Origin: Spirochaetia bacterium
GTDB taxonomy: Bacteria > Spirochaetota > Spirochaetia > CAKZLE01
NCBI GenBank assembly: GCA_963677595.1
Contig: OY782041.1
Span: forward strand, 3,200,001-3,264,000
Length of the DNA stretch: 64,000 nt
Direction: 5' to 3'
Shown piece by piece: positions 30,192 through 40,200 of this stretch. The notes under the pieces were generated by a model. That model had not been told where the DNA came from. It was given only the letters and a program-made list of their open reading frames with translations, and searched no databases. Each line of letters opens with the position of its first letter. The stretch's first letter is position 1. A program made the translations under genes and the position numbers.

Positions 30192-32978
30192 TTAATACCA
30201 TTCCTCTAATGCTCTATAAACGAGTTCAGAGATTAGATTTTTCCCTTGATCAGTCACGGTATTCTCAAGCTCTAACGCTTGTCCTGCATGCCATACTCCT
30301 TCTTCTGAAGCAAAAGAGTAGTCAAAGAAAGAGTCACTGCCAAGATAATAGAATTTACGATCATCAACCAGGGTATATCCGGCAACACCTTCAACTGTTT
30401 CATTTACAGATACAAAATAGACTGGAGGAGAGCAGATAGCCCCAGACATTACATATTCACCCGTACCTTGTATTGAAATATCGATCAAGGATACAGCATC
30501 TGATGGTTTATAGAAAGTATCACACCAAATAACACTTTTAGGGATGTCATTCCCATTGAACAATCGTTGAGTGCTTATGACAGCATTCGTTTCAAGAATA
30601 GTACTTGCAGATACTGTGTATGTTTCTGAACCGGTTCTATCTACTCCACAGAATGGATTTCCTCGTATAAATAACCATTTTGCAGGGAGGGCTTCATGGT
30701 AGTTAGATTGTGAATTTTCCACAGAGTAATCAATGATAGTTTTATCCCTGTTAAGTCGCAACTCCCCACCATTTTCTAGCAGGTCTACCGCATCTCCAAC
30801 GAAAAACACCTTGCCATCCTGGTCAATATATTCATTCAGTTTATTTATCAGGACTGGACATACATTCTCAATTAAATCTGGCAAAGGGTTTCTATAATAG
30901 ATATCAGGATTCAAAGAAGTGAAATGATTCTGTATTGGGTCCTGCATAATGATCAGGTCATATTGAGAGGCATCAATATCTAAAAAATCACAGGAAGTAT
31001 ACGTATCAATTTGATATCCTGAATCAGTGAGGATACTTTCGATAAAATCCTCCTGAGTGCCAAACCCAGATAGATTCTCATACTCAATATGGTGATCAGT
31101 ATCTTGAATAGCCCGGCCGTAACCGATTGAATACAGTTCTTTAGGTACCGATGATGCATTGTAAGCTTCTAGTTCAATTAGACCTGTCTTATATATATGT
31201 GATGCAGCGGCATCAGAACCAGTGAAATTTATCTTTATATACCTTGCGAGAACTGGATCGAATGTAAATTCTTTAATATATGTATCATCTTCCCCGCTGG
31301 GAACTGTATCCGGGGTCGTATAATCCAATACGATGGTCTCCCAGTCTTCTCCATCCACCGATAGAAGTACAGAATATGTCTGGGTCTGATAATATGTGTT
31401 AACAACAACCCTATCAATCCTATATAAGTCATTGAATTCAACTTGGAACCAGTCAGGTACTCTTGTGCCAGCCCAGAAAGTTGAATCTTCCCCGTCTATT
31501 GCAGCTTCAGGAATTGCTACATAATCCATATAAGAACCATAACTACCAGCAGTTGCACTTCCTCCATTTGGTTGAAGTGCCACATTTAATCCTGCAACTT
31601 CGTCTACCTCAACACCAGAATAATACAATCCCGCTTTAACGATTCTTTTGTAGTCTGGATTGAGTAATGCTATTTTAAGATTTGATTTTACCTTGGTAGA
31701 TGCAGAAATAACATCAGAATTAGCTTTTATCCCAAGAGAATCAACAGCCTCAACTTTATAGTAGTAGGTACTTCCCATGTCTAGTCCAGAATTAATATAG
31801 TTTGAACTTGATCCAGAATAGAGGAGATTGTCAAAGGTCCCGCCAGCTGTTACGTCTTGGTATACATTATAGGTCTCCGCTTTTTCCACAGTATCCCAAG
31901 AAATTTCCTGAGTCGTCATGGTGGATGTAATGGTGATGTTCTCTGGTGGATTAATCGACAGTGCTTTTTTGATGATAATTGATTCAGATACATAAATTGA
32001 ATCACTATGTGCAAGCACAGCCACATTGTTCTTGCCTAATGCCAGTTCAACACTGAATGTCTCATTGCTTGAATCAGCATCAGAAACTTTATTTCCGTTT
32101 ATATACCATTTGTATATATAGGGGGAACTGTCTGTACCGACGACTTCAGCATTCAGGGTAACTGTCTCATCTTCTATTATTTCCAGTTTATCGGCTGTTA
32201 GAGTAACCTCAAAAGGACGATTCTGGTCTCCAGAGATTGATACGACAAGATCTCCTTCAAGATAGTTAAGGAAGTCATCATCATCTAGCGTAACAACTCC
32301 TGTAGTCTGCTGCTCTGCTACAATGTAAACTGACTCCATTGTCCCCCAGATCTGATCAGTACCATCATACATCTTTGCAATCAATGTATAATATCCCTGT
32401 TCTAAAAGCAGGCTGGAAGTTGCTGTACCATTTACTTCATCGATCACTCCTTCGAATGATACTGAGTTCCCGGCACTATCTGTCAAAGTAGCAGTGAAAT
32501 GTGGTTCTGTTACAAATTCAACAGGCCAGCTAAGTGAAAGATTTAATTCTCCTTGTCCTGATAGGGGAGCCATGGAGATAGATGTCTCAGTAGTTTGACC
32601 CCCTGTTATCATAACCGTATCTGTTCCGGTAGTTAACACTTCACCTATATCATTAAGTCCATTGACCTTTAACAGCCAATAACCTTGTGGGATGCCCGGG
32701 ATGGAAACAATTTCACCCGGTTCTCCTGTATACGGCCCCAATGCTCCATAGTCATTTGAAGATAATGAAATTTCATAACGATCAATGATTAGAGAGATAT
32801 CAGGTTTAAGCAGTTTTTCAGTATATTTTCCTGTAGGGAGTGTGATTTCTAGTTTTCCAGAATCTTGACTTAATAGGGTTTGTACCAAGTCACAACCTGA
32901 AAGAAAAACAATTGTGCATACTAGAAGAAAAAAGACTTTGAATACGTCATGAGGAGAAGAATTGGTTTTTTTTAACAT
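30192..32978 (-). CDS. Lipoprotein: three-domain module, fn3, and unknown C-terminal domain with inserted F5/8-type-C (discoidin) domain
   Basis: Start 32978 has GGAG RBS; lipobox LSG-C; GYWLLKVNGLN, GQGELNLSLSW, YKWYING; fn3 TYYYKVEA; discoidin AIDG...TFW...WFQVEF...S-x-DG-x-DW...ARYIKI. Confidence 0.8.
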   Translation of the reverse strand: MLKKTNSSPHDVFKVFFLLVCTIVFLSGCDLVQTLLSQDSGKLEITLPTGKYTEKLLKPDISLIIDRYEISLSSNDYGALGPYTGEPGEIVSIPGIPQGYWLLKVNGLNDIGEVLTTGTDTVMITGGQTTETSISMAPLSGQGELNLSLSWPVEFVTEPHFTATLTDSAGNSVSFEGVIDEVNGTATSSLLLEQGYYTLIAKMYDGTDQIWGTMESVYIVAEQQTTGVVTLDDDDFLNYLEGDLVVSISGDQNRPFEVTLTADKLEIIEDETVTLNAEVVGTDSSPYIYKWYINGNKVSDADSSNETFSVELALGKNNVAVLAHSDSIYVSESIIIKKALSINPPENITITSTMTTQEISWDTVEKAETYNVYQDVTAGGTFDNLLYSGSSSNYINSGLDMGSTYYYKVEAVDSLGIKANSDVISASTKVKSNLKIALLNPDYKRIVKAGLYYSGVEVDEVAGLNVALQPNGGSATAGSYGSYMDYVAIPEAAIDGEDSTFWAGTRVPDWFQVEFNDLYRIDRVVVNTYYQTQTYSVLLSVDGEDWETIVLDYTTPDTVPSGEDDTYIKEFTFDPVLARYIKINFTGSDAAASHIYKTGLIELEAYNASSVPKELYSIGYGRAIQDTDHHIEYENLSGFGTQEDFIESILTDSGYQIDTYTSCDFLDIDASQYDLIIMQDPIQNHFTSLNPDIYYRNPLPDLIENVCPVLINKLNEYIDQDGKVFFVGDAVDLLENGGELRLNRDKTIIDYSVENSQSNYHEALPAKWLFIRGNPFCGVDRTGSETYTVSASTILETNAVISTQRLFNGNDIPKSVIWCDTFYKPSDAVSLIDISIQGTGEYVMSGAICSPPVYFVSVNETVEGVAGYTLVDDRKFYYLGSDSFFDYSFASEEGVWHAGQALELENTVTDQGKNLISELVYRALEEWY

Positions 32979-33176
32979 TACTGAACACACTCCAACTTTT
33001 TTATAATAATCAGAGAAACTCTCCAATATATAGTATTTTAATTGATTTTGCTGAATGTGATTATTAGGGTATGTTTTTTATTTACTAGTAATAGGATTAG
33101 TTCTGGGTAGTCCTTGACTTATTGTTATTCTGCTCATGGTGATGGTTTTGATGATTAGTAGAGCCAGAGGGATTTA

Positions 33177-33842
33177 TTAATACTCAAGCTCCAATTCTTT
33201 TCCTAACTCGAACAGATTTATCATTGATTTTATTTCTAGTTTTGCAAAAAGATTGGACTTATGAGCAGATACTGTTTTTGGACTGATACCTAGCAAATCA
33301 CTAATTTCATGAATACAAAGACCTCGCAGCATAGCAATCATTACCTGTTTTTCCCTTGATGATAATCTATTGTACTTTTCAAAACTTGGTGAAGAGGCTG
33401 ATTCCTTCGATTGAATTGAGTCAATGATCAGCGGGGAAAAGACTTCACAATAGTACTTCTTTCCTTTAGAGACTTTTTGAATTGCTTTTCTCAGGATTTC
33501 AACAGAGTTCTGCATTGATACAATACCCAAGACCCCAAAATCAAGAGAAGCCCGGATGAAATGATCTGATAAACTCTCTGAAAGAATTATGATCTTTGTT
33601 TTCTTGTTTTGAATAGATAATTCTTCAAAAAAAGTAATCACATCTATATCGACAAATTTCCCACTGATAATAATAATATCTGGGTTCAATGAGATGTTAT
33701 ATTTCAGACCGTCAAATCCGCTTTGTGTTGATTTAATGACATTAAACTCTTCATAGCTGTTTACCAGTAAGGTAAAAGCATCAAGGAACATATTGTTTTG
33801 ATCAATGAGTAAAATACTAGTGATCTGAATATGCTTAGGCAT
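33177..33842 (-). CDS. NarL/LuxR-family response regulator with atypical receiver domain
   Basis: C-terminal LSSREKQV...EISDLLGISPKTVSAHKSNLFAKL HTH; receiver fold recognisable but acceptor Asp and conserved Lys appear replaced. Confidence 0.85.
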   Translation of the reverse strand: MPKHIQITSILLIDQNNMFLDAFTLLVNSYEEFNVIKSTQSGFDGLKYNISLNPDIIIISGKFVDIDVITFFEELSIQNKKTKIIILSESLSDHFIRASLDFGVLGIVSMQNSVEILRKAIQKVSKGKKYYCEVFSPLIIDSIQSKESASSPSFEKYNRLSSREKQVMIAMLRGLCIHEISDLLGISPKTVSAHKSNLFAKLEIKSMINLFELGKELELEY

Positions 33843-34163
33843 ACATTCCCTCCCGATTGTATACCCATTACTCACCAATTAGTATAATACTTATCTTTTG
33901 CTCAGGATTTAGGATTAGGTTTAACTGTAGATAGGGAAATGTTTAAATACATGTAAGTTAGGTTGGATTCATGAGTCCTGCCTCAAATAACAAACGTGAT
34001 AACTTATCAGATTATACAATCAACCTATAAGACAATTCTATAAGTGCTTAAAACGGTCTCTTCAGAGGTTAGGGTTCCCCTAAGTAATATTAAGTGAATC
34101 CTGAGAAATATCAGGTCAACCCTTAACTATAATGGAACAATATATAAAAGTGGGGGGGGGAAT

Positions 34164-34847
34164 ATGAAAAAGTATACTCTAGTTGTTCTATGTTTGTTTG
34201 CGCTTCTTGGCGTTCTTATCTCTTGTGCGACTACTGATGACCTTGGTATCGTAGGTAAGCTTCCGAGAAAATGGTGGGAAAAGTCGAGAGGAGAATTGCA
34301 GAATTATTTTCGGGCTGAGAGTGAAGGAGCTGTGAGTGAAGCTGTCATATTTATTGGGAAAAGTGCTTCTCCATTAAATATCACGGAAACAATAGCATTG
34401 GATCAAGCTCGGCTTGATGCCCAGATACAATTATCTAGATATCTGTCACAGAAAGTAACTGGGGTGATGCAGGCAGAAACATATATCGACCAGATAGAGT
34501 CCTATTATTCCGCTGGGGATCTAACTGATGCTGAGCGAGAAGAATTGATAAAAAGAGTGAAGTATGCTTTCAGTAATTTTGCATCGAGTGTCACAGCGAC
34601 ACAATTCTCATCATTCATACAAGAGGATTCTTATACTGAGGAAGATAAGAACGGAACCTATATAGGATATACGTGTTATTCGATGTCAGATCAGGTTCTC
34701 GAAGAGACAAGGAAACTGCAGGAAAAAGCATTCCAGACGTTAATGGGGGAGACTGAAGAATATCAGGAGATCATGTCCAGGATCCAGGAGATCATTGCCA
34801 AGGAACTGGAAGAATCAATCATGTCAGGTATTCAGGAAAACCTATAA
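34164..34847 (+). CDS. Lipoprotein, LPP20-like
   Basis: Lipobox LIS-C; P-x-x-WW; FIG-x-S; A-x-x-QARLDA-x-x-QLSRYL-x-x-KV pattern typical of LPP20-type lipoproteins. Confidence 0.6.
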   Translation: MKKYTLVVLCLFALLGVLISCATTDDLGIVGKLPRKWWEKSRGELQNYFRAESEGAVSEAVIFIGKSASPLNITETIALDQARLDAQIQLSRYLSQKVTGVMQAETYIDQIESYYSAGDLTDAEREELIKRVKYAFSNFASSVTATQFSSFIQEDSYTEEDKNGTYIGYTCYSMSDQVLEETRKLQEKAFQTLMGETEEYQEIMSRIQEIIAKELEESIMSGIQENL

Positions 34848-34861
34848 GAAAGAGTTCAACG

Positions 34862-36220
34862 ATGCGAAAAACCCTGTTTGTTCTCATAATTCTTGTACAG
34901 ATTTTGCTGTATGGATGTAATACATCACAGCTTATGAGTCCTGACCCTCCAATTTGGGTCAGGACAAATACATCAGATACTATTGTTGGAGGACCGGCAG
35001 AAACACTTGAAGGAGCTAAAGAACTGGTGCTCAAGGAAGTTGCTGCATTGGTGGATACCAGAATTCAGAGTGTGAGTTCATCCTATTATGCAATAACGCA
35101 AGAGCAAATGAAACAGGCGTTCTATGAGGAGTTCCAGTCCTCTATTGCAAATCAGAATACCGCTGTAGTTTCAGGTATCCATTTTACTGATCGGTGGTTA
35201 GACGCTGAGACCCAGAAGTGGTGGGTCAGGGCTTCGATCAGTGAGATAGATCTGGATAAAGCAATAAATGATACTGCAAAATACTTGATTGAACAAAAAC
35301 AGAAGACTAAAGAAATTGCTAATCAACTAGTAAATATTCTCCACCCCTTCATCTTCGATGATGTAAGGACAGTCAAAGAGGGCTTGAGCATTCTTTCGCA
35401 GGCATTCCGGTTTTTCGAATCTTCAGGAGTCTGGTCTATGATCGGGTATGTCGATAACAATGCGATTGACCTTCGCGAATATCTTATTAATGAAACAAAC
35501 TCTCTGCTTATGGAAATTCATGGTGTACTTCAAGACCCATATGTTTATGATCTGGATGGACGTCCATTTGAGCCAAAGATCGTCATTGAAACCATATCTG
35601 ATAGGATTCGCCCGGGGATCCTCCCGTGGGTATTCTCAGTAGATGATCAGACGGTAGCAGTTGAGAATGATATTGACGGTGATTGTATTTTCTCAAATCC
35701 TCTTACTGGATTATCAACTGGGCATAAAGAGGGCAAGCTACTCCTAGATATAGATAGATTGGGATTATCAAGATATTTCGAAAAATACCAAATACAAACT
35801 CCATATTTCATCACGCCATTCGAGGTGAGAGAGCAGACTATTCAAATCGAGATTCTTACAAATGATGATTTCGAAACAATAATAACAGATGAAGTGTTCA
35901 ATATTTGCCAAGATAATATTCAATACCCGATCTCTTCTCATGGTTCACGTGACCTTCCCAAGGTCGTTTTTGAACTCAGATTCGAAGATGGTCTGCCAAA
36001 TGAGTTCAATTTGTACTTTACATACGTAACCCCATATATATCAATGGTATATCCTGATGGAACCCAAGCATTCATGAAGAAGATGAGCACATCAGAAGGG
36101 GCAGGGTTGACCCTGGAATCATCACATAAGCAAGCCTTTCACAATGCGATCATAGCTATGAATAACAACTCGGGTATCTTCAGAGATATAAATAAGAACA
36201 TAAAAAGTTATGGATTATAG
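34862..36220 (+). CDS. Lipoprotein with N-terminal LPP20-like domain
   Basis: Lipobox LYG-C; PPIWV; AK...LKEVA...TRIQS; GI...DRW...WWVRASIS. Confidence 0.6.
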   Translation: MRKTLFVLIILVQILLYGCNTSQLMSPDPPIWVRTNTSDTIVGGPAETLEGAKELVLKEVAALVDTRIQSVSSSYYAITQEQMKQAFYEEFQSSIANQNTAVVSGIHFTDRWLDAETQKWWVRASISEIDLDKAINDTAKYLIEQKQKTKEIANQLVNILHPFIFDDVRTVKEGLSILSQAFRFFESSGVWSMIGYVDNNAIDLREYLINETNSLLMEIHGVLQDPYVYDLDGRPFEPKIVIETISDRIRPGILPWVFSVDDQTVAVENDIDGDCIFSNPLTGLSTGHKEGKLLLDIDRLGLSRYFEKYQIQTPYFITPFEVREQTIQIEILTNDDFETIITDEVFNICQDNIQYPISSHGSRDLPKVVFELRFEDGLPNEFNLYFTYVTPYISMVYPDGTQAFMKKMSTSEGAGLTLESSHKQAFHNAIIAMNNNSGIFRDINKNIKSYGL

Positions 36221-36226
36221 GTTGAG

Positions 36227-37099
36227 GTGAATATGGGATTCAGATCAGGATGCAAGAAGTATATAGTTACTATTCTAACTATCATCATTTGTTCAACTTT
36301 ACTCTTTGCTGAAGAAAACTCTATTTCGATTCTTCCTTTCGTAGCTGAGGATGGTGTCAGTGAGTCTGATGCAGAAGTTTTTTATAATGTTTTTATCTCC
36401 AATCTGAATCTTGAGAATTTCAATGTGCTCGAGAAAACGATGCTTGAAAAAGTCATGGGGGAAAAAGCGTTCTCCCTGAATGACTTTGTGGAAGGAGGCC
36501 AATATAAGGATTTGGATAAGATCATATCAACGGAGAAACTTGTCTTTGGTGTCATAACGAGATTTGATAATGAGTTTATAGCAGTCGTGAAATTGATCAA
36601 TGTTTCATCTGGTACAACAGAAAAATCTTTATATGCTGAGGGAAAAAGTAAATCCGAACTGAAAACCAAGATGCCGGCTCTAGCTACTCAGATATTCTCA
36701 ACAGGATTTAATTCTTCTGAGAATCAAATGAAAGATTCTATTGATTTGAAGAAGAGTATCAGCCCGAAGAATATGGTTGATATCTCAGTCTTGGGCCTTC
36801 TGGCAGATAATGATATATATGCAGCAGGATTATCAATAGGCTACATACCCCTTAGATGGTCTGTCTTGAATTTTGGATTGTGGGGTGGGGCAATGATCAA
36901 AAGGGATGCATCAGTTTATCCACAAGGAGGGGTACGAGTCTTACTAGGCAAGCCTGATTCAATCACACTCACCGTAGATTTAGGCTATTTCCCATCTGTG
37001 GGTTTAAATTTCAAGCATCTCCATGTATCAGTAATGCCAATGAGCTATATCGGGTATGATTGTCTGGGTGTCACGTTTGGATACTATCTTACATTTTAG
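36227..37099 (+). CDS. Exported protein with CsgG/FlgO/TolB-N-like domain and beta-rich C-terminus
   Basis: Signal peptide (LFA-E); SISILPF...FNVLEK...EKVMGE...LVFG-x-I...VKLINVSSG; ends GYYLTF. Confidence 0.6.
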   Translation: MNMGFRSGCKKYIVTILTIIICSTLLFAEENSISILPFVAEDGVSESDAEVFYNVFISNLNLENFNVLEKTMLEKVMGEKAFSLNDFVEGGQYKDLDKIISTEKLVFGVITRFDNEFIAVVKLINVSSGTTEKSLYAEGKSKSELKTKMPALATQIFSTGFNSSENQMKDSIDLKKSISPKNMVDISVLGLLADNDIYAAGLSIGYIPLRWSVLNFGLWGGAMIKRDASVYPQGGVRVLLGKPDSITLTVDLGYFPSVGLNFKHLHVSVMPMSYIGYDCLGVTFGYYLTF

Positions 37100-37299
37100 G
37101 AGCGTCTTATGAAAGAGGAAAAACAATTCTTTCTCTACATCTTCATAGTGAAGGTTTATCATAATATGCCCTTCTCAGAAACTCTCTATAAATGAAGCTA
37201 TAAAACTATATTTTGGGGTGAATTTGATTAGCGGATGTAGTTCACAGATTGTGTATCTGGAATTTGGGATTATTGACAAAATCAAAGTTAAGGACTTGT

Positions 37300-40200
37300 A
37301 TGAAAAAAAAACAATACATATTTACTATTCTTTTTTTACTGTCGATTCTAGTAGGATGTACCTGGTTTTTCAATGAACTGCCTGTCGCAGATGCTGGTGA
37401 GTTTCAAATAGTTACTGTTGGCGATGTTGTCCTCCTGAACGGAAGCGGATCAAGTTCTTATTGGGACAAGAGTGTGGATTATTCATGGGATATACTCTAT
37501 GGACCAATTGGGTATGATCTAGAAGAGCTAGTTATTTCTAATAGTACATCGCCCTCTGCCTCTTTTATTGTACCGGAAGCTGGTGATTATTATATACAGC
37601 TTACGGTTGAAGATAGTCGGGGAGTGTCATCTGATGAAGTGATTATTAGAGCGTACGATACCCCTGTATTACCTGAATCAATTAACTTTTATGATATCAC
37701 AGAATCTACAATATCTGTTAGCTGGTCAGAAGTCAAAGGGGCTTCTGAATACAGTCTATACCGAGCGGATTCTGATCTGACTCAATTTTCCGATGATGAT
37801 CTGATTTATCGGGGAAAAGGTCTTTCCTATACTGATTGTGGTTTGCAACAGGATCAAACCTATTATTATAAAATGCAGCTCCAGAATCCTATTGGGATAA
37901 CAAGTTTGGCAGACTGTCAAGTTATGCCAGCGGCAACTCTTTTACTGCCACCTGATAAGCCTGAGAATGTACTCATTCAAGGTGATTCATCTACTAGCTT
38001 ACGCATCAGTTGGGATACCGTTGAGTATGCAACGTCATATAAAGTGTATAGGGATACCGATGTTGCTGGACTCTTTACTGATCTTATATTTGATGATTCA
38101 GAAACAAGTTGTGTGGATACAGGTCTTCAGGAACAGACCACCTACTATTATAAAATCAAAGCTTTGAACAGGGTCGGTGAGAGCCCCTTCAGCAGCATGG
38201 TTTCGGGTACCCCGTTTTTTCAGTTAACTACCCCTCCTTCGAACTTCCGGATAATTGATATCGGTTTCAGTTCTATAGATTTATCTTGGGATGCTGTTGC
38301 TAATGCCAATGAATATAAATTGATGCGATCGGAGAACGGTATTACCTTCTCAATCTGCTATTCTGGTTCTGGAACCACATTCAAGGATACTGGGTTAGAA
38401 TCGGGGACAACATATTATTATAAAGTTTATGCGCAGAACAATTATTCAACTAGTGAAACCTCCTCTGAGATTTCTACATCAACAAAAATCATGCCTGAAA
38501 GTACTGGGGATGCGTGGATTAGGGGAGGACAGGATTATCTTTGCACATTCCATTTAGAAGAGGGCAGTAAAGTTCAGACTTCCTCATCATTAATAACTTC
38601 TGAGCTTATGACAATAGCCAATACCAACATTCTTGCTGGAGATATTGATGGAGATGATGATCAGGAAATCGTGTATGCTGCTGATGGGAAAGTATATATC
38701 TATGACCCCTCAGGCGTCTTGGAGAGATTATTCTCCATCCCGGTTTCAGAGCCTTTTATTTCACTATTAGCTGATATCGATGATGATGGAGTACTTGATA
38801 TCGGGATTGGGTCAAGTAATGCAGATCCTATGAAGGCTTATTTCTACTCTGGATCTGGAATACAGATGAAAGAGTTCACGAATACTCACAGGGGAACTGG
38901 TGATGGAGTATTGATATTTCCCACCGCTGTCTACAATGGATCAGTATTAATGGGATTAGCCGCTGGTTCTCCCCGTATTCCTAGAGGGCTATCAAGTTTT
39001 GATCTGATTTCGGAAGTGGAGAACTGGTACTATCAGGTGGGGCCGGCAACCTGGACTGAGATATCTATCGCTGATTTTGATGCGGATGAGAATCTGGAGT
39101 TTATACTCGGTTCGATAACAACTCACAATGGGGCTTCTGGGAATGGGACTACTGATGATGATAATTACATCATGATCGTTGATGAAGATGGGAATAATGA
39201 TCTTACACAGATGCATGATGCAAATTCAAATGGCTTTGTAAAACAAGTCTTTACTGACTTGGATCATGATCAACAATATGAAATACTCGCATTCAGGAAT
39301 TATGATTCATCCAGCTATTTTGGGGATACAAGGATCCAAAAATTCAATACTTCCGGGACTCTTATTGATGAGTTTGATAGTGGCCTTGACAATAAAGAAT
39401 GGACATTCTCGATTGTAAATATAGTTGGTGACAATGATGATGAGATTGTTGGTATGTGTGAAACTGCAATCTTCATACTGGATAGTAATCTGAATCTATT
39501 ACTTCAGAAGAGTTTCTATGGCCTTCTACAGTGTACTGCTGACTTGAACGGAGATGGGAATATTGAAGTCGTTATCTATAACGATTCAACTGGTATTTTG
39601 TCTGTACTCAATGACGAGTTAATTCTAATCGACAGTCTTGATATTGGCCGTAAGAGTAACGGAAAAGTGATAGCAGCCGATATTGATAATGATGCTGTTG
39701 TGGAATTAATATCCAGCACTGATAAATTACGTATAGTAGAATTCAATAGAATCCCGGATACTCCAGAGGGTGTGAGAATTGTTTTTCAAAATGAAGGTTC
39801 AGTGACCATCGCTTGTGATGAACAAGATATTGCTGACACATATAGTTTCTATAAAAGTGTTTCTGTATCAGGTCCATTCTCTACACTTGTTTATTCAGGA
39901 GACCAATGGCAGTGCTCAGAAACAAACTTAGACCCGGGAACAGTGATTTATTATGCAGCCCAGGCCTCAAACAGCTATGGATCCAGTGATTTGTCAAGTC
40001 CCATTCAGGTTTTAATAGACTTGCTAGCTCCTAGTAACTTACAGATAATAGAGATTGATTCTGAATCAGTTTCCCTTGAATGGGATACAAGTATAAATGC
40101 TACTGGTTATAGATTATATCGTTCGCAAGATGGCGGCGACTTTGCGGTATGTTATGATGGTGGGCAATCGTGGTATGTAGACAATGCTGTATCAGCCGGA

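Noticed and set aside
37109-37195. 28-aa ORF (MKEEKQFFLYIFIVK...) with AGGAG RBS
   Set aside because: Too short with no recognisable homology; may be a gene remnant but cannot be supported.
37303-37311. A9 tract after the start codon as a phase-variation site
   Set aside because: It encodes the usual Lys-rich signal-peptide n-region in AT-rich DNA; not distinctive without read data.
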